From: Clostridia bacterium | GTDB lineage: Bacteria > Bacillota > Clostridia > TANB77 > CAG-508 | Assembly: GCA_045643205.1 (NCBI GenBank) | Contig: JAZUKI010000008.1 | Span: forward strand, 1-63,274 | DNA length: 63,274 nt | Direction of reading: 5' to 3' | In this document: piece by piece, positions 50,149 through 61,042 of the stretch | Layout of the letters: every line of letters begins with the position of its first letter | Numbering within the stretch: position 1 is the stretch's first letter | The notes under the pieces: model-generated | What the model was told of the DNA's origin: nothing | The model's input: only the letters and a program-made list of their open reading frames with translations | Databases searched by the model: none | Translations under genes and position numbers: made by a program

Positions 50149-51147
50149 ATGAATTTTATTAACAAAATTATTGATAAGGCTAAAACTAATATAAAGACAA
50201 TTGTTCTACCAGAAGGCGAAGATGCTAGAGTTTTAAAGGCAGCTCAAATGGTTAAAGAACAAGGCTTTGCTAATATTGTTATTTTAGGAAACCCAGAACA
50301 AATTGCTAAAGATTGTGAAACAAATGGAATTAATTTGGATGGAGTTAATGTAATAGATTTTGAGCATAGCGAAAAATTAGAAGAATATGCTAATTTTTTA
50401 TTTGAACTTAGAAAAGCAAAAGGAATGACTTATGAAGAAGCAATGGAACTTGTTTCTAAAAATTCTAGATATTATGCATCTATTATGGTTAAGGTAGGAG
50501 ATGCTGATGGATTTGTTTCAGGAGCTTGTCATGCTACTTCTGATACATTAAGACCAACACTTCAAATCATTAAAGGAAGACCAGGAGTTAAAACTGTTAG
50601 CGCATTCTTTATTATGGATATGCCTAGCGATGAATTTGGAGAAAATGGAACTTTAATTTTTGCAGATTGCGGATTAGTTGAAAATCCTAATGAAGATCAA
50701 TTAGCTGATATTGCTATTTCATCTGCAGAAAGTTTTAAAGAATTGGTAAGTCCTGAAGGAACACCAAGGGTTGCAATGCTTTCATATTCAACTAAGGGCA
50801 GTGCTCATTCAGAATTAACTGATAAAGTTATTAACGCAACTAAGATTGCAAATGAAAAGGCACCAGATGTTTTAATTGATGGTGAAATGCAACTTGATGC
50901 AGCGATTATTGAAAGTGTAGCTAATTCAAAAGCACCTGGAAGTGAAGTTGCTGGAAAAGCAAATATTTTAATATTCCCAGATTTAAATGCTGGAAATATT
51001 GGATATAAATTAACACAAAGATTTGGACATGCAATTGCTTATGGTCCACTTTGCCAAGGTTTAGATAAACCTGTAAATGATTTATCAAGAGGATGCACAG
51101 CAGAAGATATAGTCGGAGTTGTTGCTATAACATGTGTACAAGCATAG
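50149..51147 (+). CDS. pta: Phosphate acetyltransferase
   Basis: VLPEGED, FADCG, LSYSTKGS, DGEMQLDAA, FPDLNAGNIGYK, NDLSRGC. Confidence 0.97.
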   Translation: MNFINKIIDKAKTNIKTIVLPEGEDARVLKAAQMVKEQGFANIVILGNPEQIAKDCETNGINLDGVNVIDFEHSEKLEEYANFLFELRKAKGMTYEEAMELVSKNSRYYASIMVKVGDADGFVSGACHATSDTLRPTLQIIKGRPGVKTVSAFFIMDMPSDEFGENGTLIFADCGLVENPNEDQLADIAISSAESFKELVSPEGTPRVAMLSYSTKGSAHSELTDKVINATKIANEKAPDVLIDGEMQLDAAIIESVANSKAPGSEVAGKANILIFPDLNAGNIGYKLTQRFGHAIAYGPLCQGLDKPVNDLSRGCTAEDIVGVVAITCVQA

Positions 51148-51177
51148 TTAATACTAAAGAATTAAAGAGGTAAGATT

Positions 51178-51822
51178 ATGGTTAAATTAAAAGATGTTTA
51201 TGAAAAAGTTAATACTAAACCACTTTCAAAAATTACAGAGTTTCAAAAGAAAGGTTCGCTAACAGCAAATTTTAAATTTTTTATTGAAAATTATGGAGTT
51301 ATATATCTTCTAATTTTATTAATTTTAGTTTTATGTATTTGCATAGGCTTTAAATTTGATTGGAAGATGTTATTAATAATTATTGGAATTTATTTTGTTG
51401 GAACTTTAGCTTTAATTGCAACTAATACTTTTAGATTAAGTTGGTGCAATCAAGGATTAAAGATAAGACGTTTAGTTAAAGAAGAAATTATACCTTATAA
51501 CGAAATATATAGTTTGTTTATGTATAGAGAGAAAACAAGATTTGCATTCTTCATTCCTATTTATTCATATACAATTAATTTATACTGTAATGATCCTGAT
51601 AAGGAAGTAAAAAGAGTTTATTTCAACACTATAATGATTAATAAAAAGGCTGTAGAAAAATTTATGAACTCAGTAGATGTTGAAGTATTACCTGAACAAA
51701 AAGATTTTGATGTTGAAGAAGCTAAAAGAGAAAAGAAATACAACCTTGGTACAATTGCTATAGCTGTTGTAATTGCAATTGTTATTGTTCTATATATTAT
51801 TTCGTTGATTTCTAATCAGTAA
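51178..51822 (+). CDS. Hypothetical membrane protein
   Basis: Three TM segments; RBS GAGG. Confidence 0.7.
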   Translation: MVKLKDVYEKVNTKPLSKITEFQKKGSLTANFKFFIENYGVIYLLILLILVLCICIGFKFDWKMLLIIIGIYFVGTLALIATNTFRLSWCNQGLKIRRLVKEEIIPYNEIYSLFMYREKTRFAFFIPIYSYTINLYCNDPDKEVKRVYFNTIMINKKAVEKFMNSVDVEVLPEQKDFDVEEAKREKKYNLGTIAIAVVIAIVIVLYIISLISNQ

Positions 51823-51901
51823 GTTAGATGTTTAAAAGTTAATTTAGATATTCAAAAGTTGATTTTGAAATTTAGAAGTCAAATTAGTTTAAGGAGTAAT
51901 T

Positions 51902-52177
51902 ATGCCAATTATTAAAAAGATAATTATTATTGTTTTAATTGTTTTAACAATAGCATTAATTGGATATGTTTTTATAATGCATCATCAGATGTTGGAAACT
52001 TATGCTGATGAAAAAGATAGTTTAAACAATCAAATTGAAGCTGCTGAATTAAAGCAACAAGAACTTAAAGATGAGATTGATTCTATAAATTCTGCTAATA
52101 CAATTGAATCAATTGCAAGAGATAAACTTGATATGTATTACCCAAATGAAAGAGTATACATTGATATTTCTAAGTAA
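51902..52177 (+). CDS. Septum formation initiator (DivIC/FtsB-like)
   Basis: TM, coiled coil, then IESIARDKLDMYYPNE. Confidence 0.85.
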   Translation: MPIIKKIIIIVLIVLTIALIGYVFIMHHQMLETYADEKDSLNNQIEAAELKQQELKDEIDSINSANTIESIARDKLDMYYPNERVYIDISK

Positions 52178-52225
52178 ATTTATATAATTAATATTTCAAG
52201 TAAAATTTTTGTGAAAGGATATTAA

Positions 52226-53602
52226 ATGCAATACGAAGATTATAGTCTAGTTGATTTAAGACTACTTGCAAAAGATAAAGGAATTAAAAATGTTACTAAG
52301 CTAAAGAAACAAGAATTAATTGAAGAGTTAATAAAAATCAAAGAAGACAATAAAGAAACAATTATTGAAAATGATCAAAAACTTAATAATGAAAATCTTG
52401 AAGAAACAAAAGGAATAAACAGCAAAGGCATAAATGAAGCAAAAACTAAAGAGATAAATGTGGATGGATTAAAATTAAATACATCTAATGACACTGTTGG
52501 TGAAGGTATTCTTGAAATTTTGCCAGATGGATTTGGTTTTCTTAGAGGAAAAAATTATCTATCAACACCAAATGATATCTATGTTTCACCAACTCAAATT
52601 AAGAGATTCAAACTTGATAATGGAGATAAAGTAAGAGGCGTTATACGTAAACCTCAAGCAGGAGAACGTTTTCCAGCATTAATTTATGTTGGAGAAATTA
52701 ATGGAAGATCACCAGAAGATTTTATTAGTAGAAAGAAATTTGATGATTTAAAACCAATTTATCCAAACGAAAAAATAAAATTAGAAACTTCTAAAGAAGA
52801 ATATTCAACAAGAATTATGGATTTATTATGTCCAATTGGAAAAGGACAAAGAGGCTTGATTGTTGCACCACCTAAAGTTGGTAAGACAACAATTATTAAG
52901 AAAATTGCAAATGCAATTACGAATAATAATCCAGATGTTGAATTAATTGTTTTATTAATAGATGAAAGACCTGAAGAAGTTACTGATATGGAAAGATCTA
53001 TTAAAGGTGAAGTTATATATTCTACATTTGATGAATTACCTGAACATCATGTTAAGGTTGCTGAAATGGTTATAGAAAGAGCTAAACGTTTAGTTGAAGC
53101 TAAGAAAGATGTTGTTATTTTATTAGATAGCATCACTAGATTAGCAAGAGCTTATAACTTAACTATTAATGCTTCAGGAAGAACTTTATCAGGAGGACTT
53201 GATCCTGCTGCACTTCATTATCCTAAAAAGTTTTTAGGTGCTGCAAGAAATATTGAAGGCGGTGGAAGCTTAACTGTCTTAGCTTCTGCATTAATTGAAA
53301 CTGGAAGTAAGATGGATGAAGTTATATTTGAAGAACTAAAGGGAACAGGTAATATGGAAGTTGTTTTAGACAGATCTTTATCTGAAAGAAGAATTTTCCC
53401 AGCTATTAGTCTTACTAAATCAGGAACAAGAAGAGAAGATTTACTATTAACAAGAGATGAACTTGATGTTGTTTATCAACTTAGAAAATCTCTTTCTTCA
53501 ATGAAACAAATAGAAGTGATTGATGAGTTATTAGGTTTAGTAACTAAAACAGATAACAACGTTGAACTAATAGAAAAATTAAAAACAATTTTCAAAGTCT
53601 AA
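52226..53602 (+). CDS. rho: Transcription termination factor Rho
   Basis: [49 protein letters not shown]. Confidence 0.97.
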   Translation: MQYEDYSLVDLRLLAKDKGIKNVTKLKKQELIEELIKIKEDNKETIIENDQKLNNENLEETKGINSKGINEAKTKEINVDGLKLNTSNDTVGEGILEILPDGFGFLRGKNYLSTPNDIYVSPTQIKRFKLDNGDKVRGVIRKPQAGERFPALIYVGEINGRSPEDFISRKKFDDLKPIYPNEKIKLETSKEEYSTRIMDLLCPIGKGQRGLIVAPPKVGKTTIIKKIANAITNNNPDVELIVLLIDERPEEVTDMERSIKGEVIYSTFDELPEHHVKVAEMVIERAKRLVEAKKDVVILLDSITRLARAYNLTINASGRTLSGGLDPAALHYPKKFLGAARNIEGGGSLTVLASALIETGSKMDEVIFEELKGTGNMEVVLDRSLSERRIFPAISLTKSGTRREDLLLTRDELDVVYQLRKSLSSMKQIEVIDELLGLVTKTDNNVELIEKLKTIFKV

Positions 53603-53732
53603 ATGACAACTTTTTAAAGCACAAATATATTTTTTAAAGAATAAAAAAGTGTAAAGCACAAATAATATTTTTAAAAGAATAATAAAGCGTAAAGCATGAA
53701 TAATATTAATGAATAAAAAAATAGGGGTTAAT

Positions 53733-54608
53733 ATGGCAAATAAAAAAAGTAAAAAGAAAAATAATTCAAAGATAGTATTATATCTTGTTGGAGGAATAGC
53801 TATATTTGCTTTATCAATTTTAATTACGAATTTAGTTATTTCAAATATAACACAAACACCAAATACTACTAACCAAGTTAATGTAGAAAATAGTTCAACA
53901 GGAAATGAAGTTTCAAATACAACAAGTAATAGTGTAAATGAAATAAATACTGTTGTTAATGAAGTTTTGAATACAACAAATGAAGTAGCAAATACAACTA
54001 ATACAACCAACACAAATACAACTACAAATAATACAACTAAGAAATCTGAAAAATATAAAGATAGTCCATACTACATTAAAGTAAATAAAAAATGTAATGT
54101 AGTTACAATTTATAAGAAAGATTCTGAAGGTAATTATACAGTGCCTTATAAAGCAATGTTATGTTCAACCGGACCTTATACACCACCAAATTCTAATAAG
54201 GGCAATACTTATAAAGCATCTTCTTATGAAATGGAAGACTATAGAAGAAGATGGGGAACACTTCAAGGACATAATGGTTACACATATGTTTATGGACAAT
54301 ATGCTTGTGGCATTGTAGACAATGTTTTATTCCATTCAGTTACTTATACTTCTAAGAGCCCAGATAGTTTAGAATGGGAAGAATTTAATAAACTTGGAAC
54401 TTCAGCATCTGCTGGATGTGTACGTTTATGCGTTGCAGATGTTAAATGGATATATGATAATGTTCCAGCATATACTATGTGCGAATTTTATGAAGATTCT
54501 AATCCAGGACCTTTAGGCAAACCAACATTACCACAAATTTCAAGTGATGATCCAAGAAGAGGATGGGATCCTACTGATCCTGATCCAAACAATCCTTGGA
54601 ATAAGTAA
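53733..54608 (+). CDS. L,D-transpeptidase (YkuD family) with T/N-rich linker
   Basis: N-terminal TM; LFHS..LGTSASAGCVRL catalytic His/Cys; start may be 53709. Confidence 0.85.
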   Translation: MANKKSKKKNNSKIVLYLVGGIAIFALSILITNLVISNITQTPNTTNQVNVENSSTGNEVSNTTSNSVNEINTVVNEVLNTTNEVANTTNTTNTNTTTNNTTKKSEKYKDSPYYIKVNKKCNVVTIYKKDSEGNYTVPYKAMLCSTGPYTPPNSNKGNTYKASSYEMEDYRRRWGTLQGHNGYTYVYGQYACGIVDNVLFHSVTYTSKSPDSLEWEEFNKLGTSASAGCVRLCVADVKWIYDNVPAYTMCEFYEDSNPGPLGKPTLPQISSDDPRRGWDPTDPDPNNPWNK

Positions 54609-54724
54609 TTAGCAAAAACTTTTAAATATTTTAAGATGTTTTTATATATAAAATAAACAATTTTAAATAGAATATTTAAAAATATATATCATTTAAAATT
54701 TAAATTTTTTAAGGGATTTAAAAT

Positions 54725-57676
54725 ATGAAGAAGATTAAATACGTAGGAAAAATTTATAATTTATTTATTGTAAGTATTGTTTTAACAATGCTAATTTCAA
54801 TAATAGTTACAGTTTTAAGTTTAATTAATTTTAGTGAAAATTCAACAGTTTCATTATTATCAGCAATTGATGCAAGTGATAATAATAAATATTATTCAAA
54901 TTTAGATAATAATTCTGGAGCAATTAAAGCACCAAACTTTGCAGCTGTTTCAAATCAAAACAAACAAAATGCTGCATTAGTTGGGGCAAATTATGTTTCA
55001 TCAAACATTGCCAAATTTAGTTTAGCAGATTACATTCCAGAGAATACTGAAATTAAAGATCAAGGTAGAACTGATACTTGCTGGACTTTTAGTTCACTTG
55101 GTTCAGTGCAAACTAATTTAGCACTTGAAGATTATTTAAATGATATGCCTGCATATGAATACGATTTTTCTGAGAGACATGTAGCTTTAGCTTCTAGTAA
55201 AAGTATTGTAGGAGATAATGGCTATACTAGAAACCCAATTGAAGGGGCAACTTATTGGATGGCTATGAATTACTATTCAAGAGCAGCTGGACCTGTTTTA
55301 GAAAATGAATGTGAATTTTCTGAAAGTATAAGCAATAGTATTGATATAAATAAATTAAATAAGGCTGCTACAGTAACTGATATTAAATTATTTCCATCAC
55401 CAGACAGCGATGGTTATGACCAACAAGAACAAATAAATAATATGAAGACTTTTATAAGAACAACAGGTTCATTATGCGCTAATATGTATTTTCCTACTAG
55501 TTTCCCTGATGATACTTATAACACGAATACTGGAGCAAGTTTTGCAACCTCTGATAAAGACGTAAATCATATGATTTCAATTATTGGATGGGATGATAAC
55601 TATAGCAAAGATAATTTTAAGGCAAAAAATAAACCATCTAAGAATGGTGCATGGTTAGTTAGAAATTCACATGGTGATCACCCATATACAGATAATGGTT
55701 TTATTCATATTTCTTATGAAGATCCATTATTATATGAAGCGATTTTTGGAATTGAAAAAGTAGATCGTGCTAATGACTACACAAGTGTAGTCAGCTATGA
55801 TGAAAAAGGAATGAACTATACTTTAACTGCTTCAACTAATAAATACATTTTATACAATGTTTTTCCAAGAAATAAAGCAAATAATATAAATGAATTTATT
55901 GATAGCGTTTCATTGTATGTTTTAGATGATTCTGATGTTTCAATTGAAATTGCTGAAGGTGATTATAATAAAAATAAATCAATACGTTTTGAAAAACAAA
56001 TAATTTCAAATGCAACGAGTGTAACACCGGGCTTTAGAACTTTTAATCTTAAAACACCTTATAAATTTAATACAGTATCTGGAAACGCTTCAGGATTAAG
56101 TGATGCAGTAACTGTAAAAATATCTGTTTCAGTACAATCAGGTAGCAAAATGTTTTTACCTTTAGAAGGAGGATTTAATAAAGCAAGTTATTATAATAAT
56201 TCTTATAAAAAAATATCAGACATAACTGGTGAAACTAAAACTGAAACAGAAAAATGTTTTATATGTTTAGATGGTAAATCAGTATTTGATTTAGGAAAGT
56301 TACATGAAGCTAATGACACATTAATTGATTGTGATTCAACAGTTCAGTTAAATTTAGTTTCATCAACAAAGCCTGCAGGAAAATTAGTAGTAAAGACTAA
56401 TCCAAATAAAACAGAATATAATGTAAATGAAAAATTTAGTGAAAGAGGTTTGTCTTTAGAATATAATGCTGGAAACAATTCTAATTTAGCAATTGATTTA
56501 AATGATTGTACTTTTAAGAAAAATGACAAATTAAGTGCAGGTCAAACTTATGTAGAAGTTTATGGATATGGAACTAGTGCAAGAATTCCAGTTACAGTTA
56601 AATCAGTTGATCCTCAAATTAGTCCAACTCTTACAGTAAAAACAAATCCAAATAAGACAGCTTATGAAGAGGGTGAAACATTTAGTTCTAAAGGATTAGT
56701 TTTAAAATACAAACATGGAACTCAAAATAATCCATTAATTGATGAAATACCAAGTTCGAATATCACTGTTAAAAATGGTACTAATTTAAAAGAAAATCAA
56801 AAATCTGTTACTGTAGAATACATGAATTTAACTGTTGATATTCCAATAACTGTTGCAAAGAAGTCAACACCACCAGAAGAACCACCTAAATTTGATGATG
56901 TGAATAATCTTAAAAATTTAAGTGCAGAGTTAAATGAGTTTAAATTTAATTCTAAGAATAAATATGGATTTGATAGTTTTAAAGTAACTTTGAAAAATAT
57001 AGTTGAAAAAACAGGTGCTTCATACAAGTATGAATATTATGTTTCTAATATGAAGGGTGAAGTTCAAAATAAAAGTACAATAGGAACAAGCCTAAGTAAT
57101 GGCTCATTTGTTTTAGATATAGAATCAAAAAATACAGGTAATTTAAGAGCAATAACAGAAAAAGATACTATTTATTTAACTTTAATTCAAACAAATAAAA
57201 TCACTAATACTGAAGTAAAATCTACTATTCAAATTTTAGGAAATGCAAATACAAAATTTTATTTTGATGGAGTTTTGAAATCTGCTAATACAACAGGAAA
57301 TTCAAATAACAACAATCAGAATAATAACCAAAATAATAACCAGAACAACAATCAAAATAACAATCAGAATAATAATCAAAACAACAACCAAAATAAAAAT
57401 CAAAACAATAATCAAAATAATTCAAATACAAAAGCTGCTACCAAAGTAGGAGCAAATACTCAAAATAAAAATTCAAATATCAATACAAACAATAATACAA
57501 ACAATAACGCAAATAATAATTCTAATAGTAATGATGGTACTATAGCTAATAAAAAAATACCACAAACAGGTACTGCAGAGGAAATTGTTAAAATAGTAAT
57601 TATTGCTATTGCACTAATTGGAACATCACTTATTGTTAGAGCAGTCATTATAAATAGAAATATAAACGGGAAATAA
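54725..57676 (+). CDS. Cell-wall-anchored C1A (papain-like) cysteine peptidase with Ig-like repeats
   Basis: DQGRTDTCWTFS, NHMISIIGWDD, VRNSHG; two KTNPNKTxY..FS..GL Ig-like repeats; IPQTG sortase-like motif followed by TM and basic tail. Confidence 0.85.
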   Translation: MKKIKYVGKIYNLFIVSIVLTMLISIIVTVLSLINFSENSTVSLLSAIDASDNNKYYSNLDNNSGAIKAPNFAAVSNQNKQNAALVGANYVSSNIAKFSLADYIPENTEIKDQGRTDTCWTFSSLGSVQTNLALEDYLNDMPAYEYDFSERHVALASSKSIVGDNGYTRNPIEGATYWMAMNYYSRAAGPVLENECEFSESISNSIDINKLNKAATVTDIKLFPSPDSDGYDQQEQINNMKTFIRTTGSLCANMYFPTSFPDDTYNTNTGASFATSDKDVNHMISIIGWDDNYSKDNFKAKNKPSKNGAWLVRNSHGDHPYTDNGFIHISYEDPLLYEAIFGIEKVDRANDYTSVVSYDEKGMNYTLTASTNKYILYNVFPRNKANNINEFIDSVSLYVLDDSDVSIEIAEGDYNKNKSIRFEKQIISNATSVTPGFRTFNLKTPYKFNTVSGNASGLSDAVTVKISVSVQSGSKMFLPLEGGFNKASYYNNSYKKISDITGETKTETEKCFICLDGKSVFDLGKLHEANDTLIDCDSTVQLNLVSSTKPAGKLVVKTNPNKTEYNVNEKFSERGLSLEYNAGNNSNLAIDLNDCTFKKNDKLSAGQTYVEVYGYGTSARIPVTVKSVDPQISPTLTVKTNPNKTAYEEGETFSSKGLVLKYKHGTQNNPLIDEIPSSNITVKNGTNLKENQKSVTVEYMNLTVDIPITVAKKSTPPEEPPKFDDVNNLKNLSAELNEFKFNSKNKYGFDSFKVTLKNIVEKTGASYKYEYYVSNMKGEVQNKSTIGTSLSNGSFVLDIESKNTGNLRAITEKDTIYLTLIQTNKITNTEVKSTIQILGNANTKFYFDGVLKSANTTGNSNNNNQNNNQNNNQNNNQNNNQNNNQNNNQNKNQNNNQNNSNTKAATKVGANTQNKNSNINTNNNTNNNANNNSNSNDGTIANKKIPQTGTAEEIVKIVIIAIALIGTSLIVRAVIINRNINGK
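57305..57421 (+). repeat. Coding 12-bp tandem repeat (NNNQ x ~9)
   Basis: aat/aac triplets plus caa/cag repeated in the peptidase linker. Confidence 0.9.
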
Positions 57677-57759
57677 GTTTAAAATTGAAAGTAAACTTAA
57701 ATAGAATAAATTATAAAGGAAATTAAGCTTTAAGCGAAATTAAGTTTTAAATTGAAATT

Positions 57760-57812
57760 AAAGAGATATAAGTAATTGCAAAGTAAAATAGTAAAATACT
57801 TATATCTCTTTT
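57760..57812 (+). terminator. Intrinsic terminator, large loop
   Basis: AAAGAGATATAAGTA/TACTTATATCTCTTT, 15-bp stem. Confidence 0.75.
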
Positions 57813-57891
57813 AATATGCAAATAGTTTACATAAGTCTTTTAAAGTGATATAATGGATAAGTCTTTATGCAATTTTAAAAGGAGAAAAGGA

Positions 57892-59475
57892 ATGGAACTT
57901 AAAAAGATTTATAATGCAACAAATAATCCATTAAAAGATAAGCAAATAGTTGATCAAATATTAAAAATATATAGTGATTCTCTAGATAAATTAGACTTTG
58001 TAACTAAGTTAAGAGATACAGAAAGTGATTTTTTAAATGCTTTTGTTTTCACAGCATCAGAATATTCAAATTATTATAGAGAATTTTATAAAACTCATTT
58101 TATTTTGTTTAATAAATGGATGCAAGATATAAAAAGAATTAGTAAGCTTCCAGAAAAGGACAAAGCTAAGTTTTTTGAAAAAGTTAGTTTTGCTAGCCAT
58201 GATGTAGGCACTTTTATGGATGGGGATAAAATAATGACTACTGATGCTGTAAAAAGGTCATTCAATAAAATTGCAAATAGAGTTAAATACACAAATAATA
58301 TTACTGATTTTAAACAAATTGAAAGATTTAAAGAAGAACTAAAAAAAGAAGACAAAAATACAGAAAGATTGCTAGAAATATTAAATTATTATTCAAATAA
58401 AAATATAGAGGAAGAAGTTATCAACATTAAATCTAATTATTTATTAGAAGATGGAGATAAATATAATAGAAATGGAGTCTTTCTTGCTTTTATTCCAGAT
58501 AAGAATGATCAATTTAACTTTATTAATGAATATCTTACAAGATGTATTAAATGCAAAATACCATATGAAATTGATGTATCAGTTGATAAGCATACTAAGC
58601 AAATTGTTAAAATTAGTTCAACTACAGCAAATTTAGGCAAAAATTTAGCAATTATTAAAGATATTGCAGACTCTAAGCCTGATATGATTAAAGGAATGAA
58701 AAAACCACCAATTTTATGTGGAACAATTCAAGATAATGAATGGATTGGAATTGGAACATATTCTGCAAAAGAAATTGAGAGAACAACTTTTGGATTTACT
58801 GAAAGAAGAGGAAACATTATTTTTGATACTATTCAAGAAAATTCAATTAAATATTTAAAAGAAAATTTTACTAAACCTATTGAAGTTGATGGAAAAGAAA
58901 CAACTCTAAGAGAACATTTATCTGACCTAACATTAGATATATTACTTAAAAGTTTAAAAAATATGGCTGATTCATGGTTTGATGGAATAAAAGATGGAGG
59001 CATTTCTGATAAAGAAGCTGATAGAGAAGTAAAGAAAGTATTTGGTTTTAAAAGACAAGATTTAGACAATCAAAAATACATCAAAAAGATTAAAGATGAA
59101 GTTGATTATAAAATTGATGCTATGGTTTATCAAGAATTTGATTTGCAAGAAGATTTTTATAGTTTTAAACTTCCTAATACTTTATTTAGTTTTGGAAAAA
59201 CAATATCATTACCTATTAAAGCTGACGCCATAAAAGATGAAGCATCAGAAGTTTTATTTAAACAACCTGATTTTATTGAAGAAACAATAAATGAAATAGA
59301 AAGTAAATTTGAAGAAGTAGGAATTGACACAAATCCATGTTATGAAGATTATATTGTTGATAGAATGGAAGAATTAGATAGAGAAGAAAGACAACAAGCA
59401 AATAAAACTGTACCTTTAACAAGTCAATTAAAGAAACAATCAATTTACAAAGGTAATAGAAGCAAAGATAGATAA
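57892..59475 (+). CDS. Hypothetical protein, possible divergent HopA1-like domain
   Basis: RBS AAGGAG..AAGG before ATG 57892; CKIPYEI..KKPPILCG..WIGIG..GFTERRG pattern. Confidence 0.7.
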   Translation: MELKKIYNATNNPLKDKQIVDQILKIYSDSLDKLDFVTKLRDTESDFLNAFVFTASEYSNYYREFYKTHFILFNKWMQDIKRISKLPEKDKAKFFEKVSFASHDVGTFMDGDKIMTTDAVKRSFNKIANRVKYTNNITDFKQIERFKEELKKEDKNTERLLEILNYYSNKNIEEEVINIKSNYLLEDGDKYNRNGVFLAFIPDKNDQFNFINEYLTRCIKCKIPYEIDVSVDKHTKQIVKISSTTANLGKNLAIIKDIADSKPDMIKGMKKPPILCGTIQDNEWIGIGTYSAKEIERTTFGFTERRGNIIFDTIQENSIKYLKENFTKPIEVDGKETTLREHLSDLTLDILLKSLKNMADSWFDGIKDGGISDKEADREVKKVFGFKRQDLDNQKYIKKIKDEVDYKIDAMVYQEFDLQEDFYSFKLPNTLFSFGKTISLPIKADAIKDEASEVLFKQPDFIEETINEIESKFEEVGIDTNPCYEDYIVDRMEELDREERQQANKTVPLTSQLKKQSIYKGNRSKDR

Positions 59476-59503
59476 GAACAAACAATAATTATAATTAAAA
59501 AAT

Positions 59504-59549
59504 AAAAAGTTGAACAAAGAACTTTTAGCAGTTCATGTTCAACTTTTTT
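59504..59549. terminator. Bidirectional terminator
   Basis: AAAAAGTTGAACA..GAACT/AGTTC..TGTTCAACTTTTT. Confidence 0.85.
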
Positions 59550-59557
59550 ATTGCAAA

Positions 59558-60877
59558 TTATAAAACAACAGTTATAATAGATTGTTTCTTTACTAAAATA
59601 GTATTGGATTTTAACTTTATGTTTATATCATAATCTTGCATATTCAATAGTACAACTACAATAGAGTTATCTTCGTTTTTAAAACAAATTGCCTCAATAT
59701 TAGAATTGTTCTGAATACTAACAAGAGAAGCATTAGGATGAATATATTTTGCAAAATGTTGAATATAGTAATAGCAAAGATTATTATAGTAGTTTTCGTT
59801 TCTTATCATAGAGGGAGCATTACAAAAGTTGTTTTTATGATTTGGTCCGCCATTGTTGTCTAATAAAATATTCCAATCTATATAAGCAGTTACTCCAGTA
59901 CTTAAATCACCGATAATGTCATGTGCATACATATTAGCATTTATAATTTCATCTTCAGGTTTATAATTTGAAAAACCTACGCAACCTTCTGTGTGAAAAA
60001 TTAATTTATTTTTAAAATCGTTATAACATTTTAAAACGTTTTCAAAATAGTCTCCAGTATACCAATGAATCGCAATTCCAGAAATTATATTATCTTTATC
60101 AAGTTCAAAAATTTTGCTCGATCTTTCATACACATTATCTTTATTATGATCATGAATTAAAATTTTTATATCTAGATTATTTTCTTGTAAAGTAGGGTGT
60201 AAGTAGTTTATTGCAAAATCAGCTTCTTCTTCAGGTGAGAACAAACATGATTCCCAAATCTGTCTTGCTGTAGTTTCGTTTTGTACTGTCATATAAGAAA
60301 TATTTATACCTTCTGCTTGATACGCAAGAATAAAGTTAGCTATATATTGAGCGTATAATTTAAAATATTTTTTCTTTAATTTTGTTCCGAAATATAGTTG
60401 ATGAAAATGTTTCATAAAAGATGGAGGAGACCAGGGAGTAGCTAAAAATCTAATGTTTGGATTTACCTTCTGGAGATCTTTTATTAACGGAATGATATAT
60501 TGTTTGTCTCTTTCTATTGAAAAATCAGATAAATCATTCTTTTTAGAGTATGAATAACTATTTAATGAAAAGTCACAACTTCCAATAGAAATTCTTATTA
60601 TATTATAATTTTTATAGTCGTTAAGAAACTTTTCTTGATTTTCATTGCTTAACTTTGCATATGCATATCCAGCTGCTTCAGTTATGGCTCCGCCAAATCC
60701 AACAAAGTTCGAATTATTAATAGCTTCACCGATTTCGATAGAACCAGTTATGTTAGGTATAATATTCTCTTTGCAATCAGAGTTATTAGAACTAGAGTCT
60801 TTTTTGTTTGAAACATCGTTGATATTTTGTTCCTTTAAAAATATATTGTTATTAAAACAAGTTTCAATTATTTTCAT
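59558..60877 (-). CDS. Glycoside hydrolase family 30 (glucosylceramidase-like)
   Basis: GFGGAITEA, IGSCDFS, TPWSPP, VQNET (acid/base), HTEGC (nucleophile), DWNILLD..GGPNH. Confidence 0.9.
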   Translation of the reverse strand: MKIIETCFNNNIFLKEQNINDVSNKKDSSSNNSDCKENIIPNITGSIEIGEAINNSNFVGFGGAITEAAGYAYAKLSNENQEKFLNDYKNYNIIRISIGSCDFSLNSYSYSKKNDLSDFSIERDKQYIIPLIKDLQKVNPNIRFLATPWSPPSFMKHFHQLYFGTKLKKKYFKLYAQYIANFILAYQAEGINISYMTVQNETTARQIWESCLFSPEEEADFAINYLHPTLQENNLDIKILIHDHNKDNVYERSSKIFELDKDNIISGIAIHWYTGDYFENVLKCYNDFKNKLIFHTEGCVGFSNYKPEDEIINANMYAHDIIGDLSTGVTAYIDWNILLDNNGGPNHKNNFCNAPSMIRNENYYNNLCYYYIQHFAKYIHPNASLVSIQNNSNIEAICFKNEDNSIVVVLLNMQDYDINIKLKSNTILVKKQSIITVVL

Positions 60878-61042
60878 AAACTAAGCTCCTTTCAGTCACA
60901 TTTTAACACATTATATTATATAAGTCTAAAAATTATAAAATATGGCGCAAATAGTAATAAATAAAGAAATTATTTTAGAGATTTTATCGACTATTTTGCT
61001 TATGTGTGGTAAAATTGCAGATATGAAAATAGGAGGTATTTT

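Noticed and set aside
57781-57802. GTAAAATACTTA match to the RT-proximal mini-hairpins
   Set aside because: Short AT-only match inside a terminator loop and arm; expected by chance.
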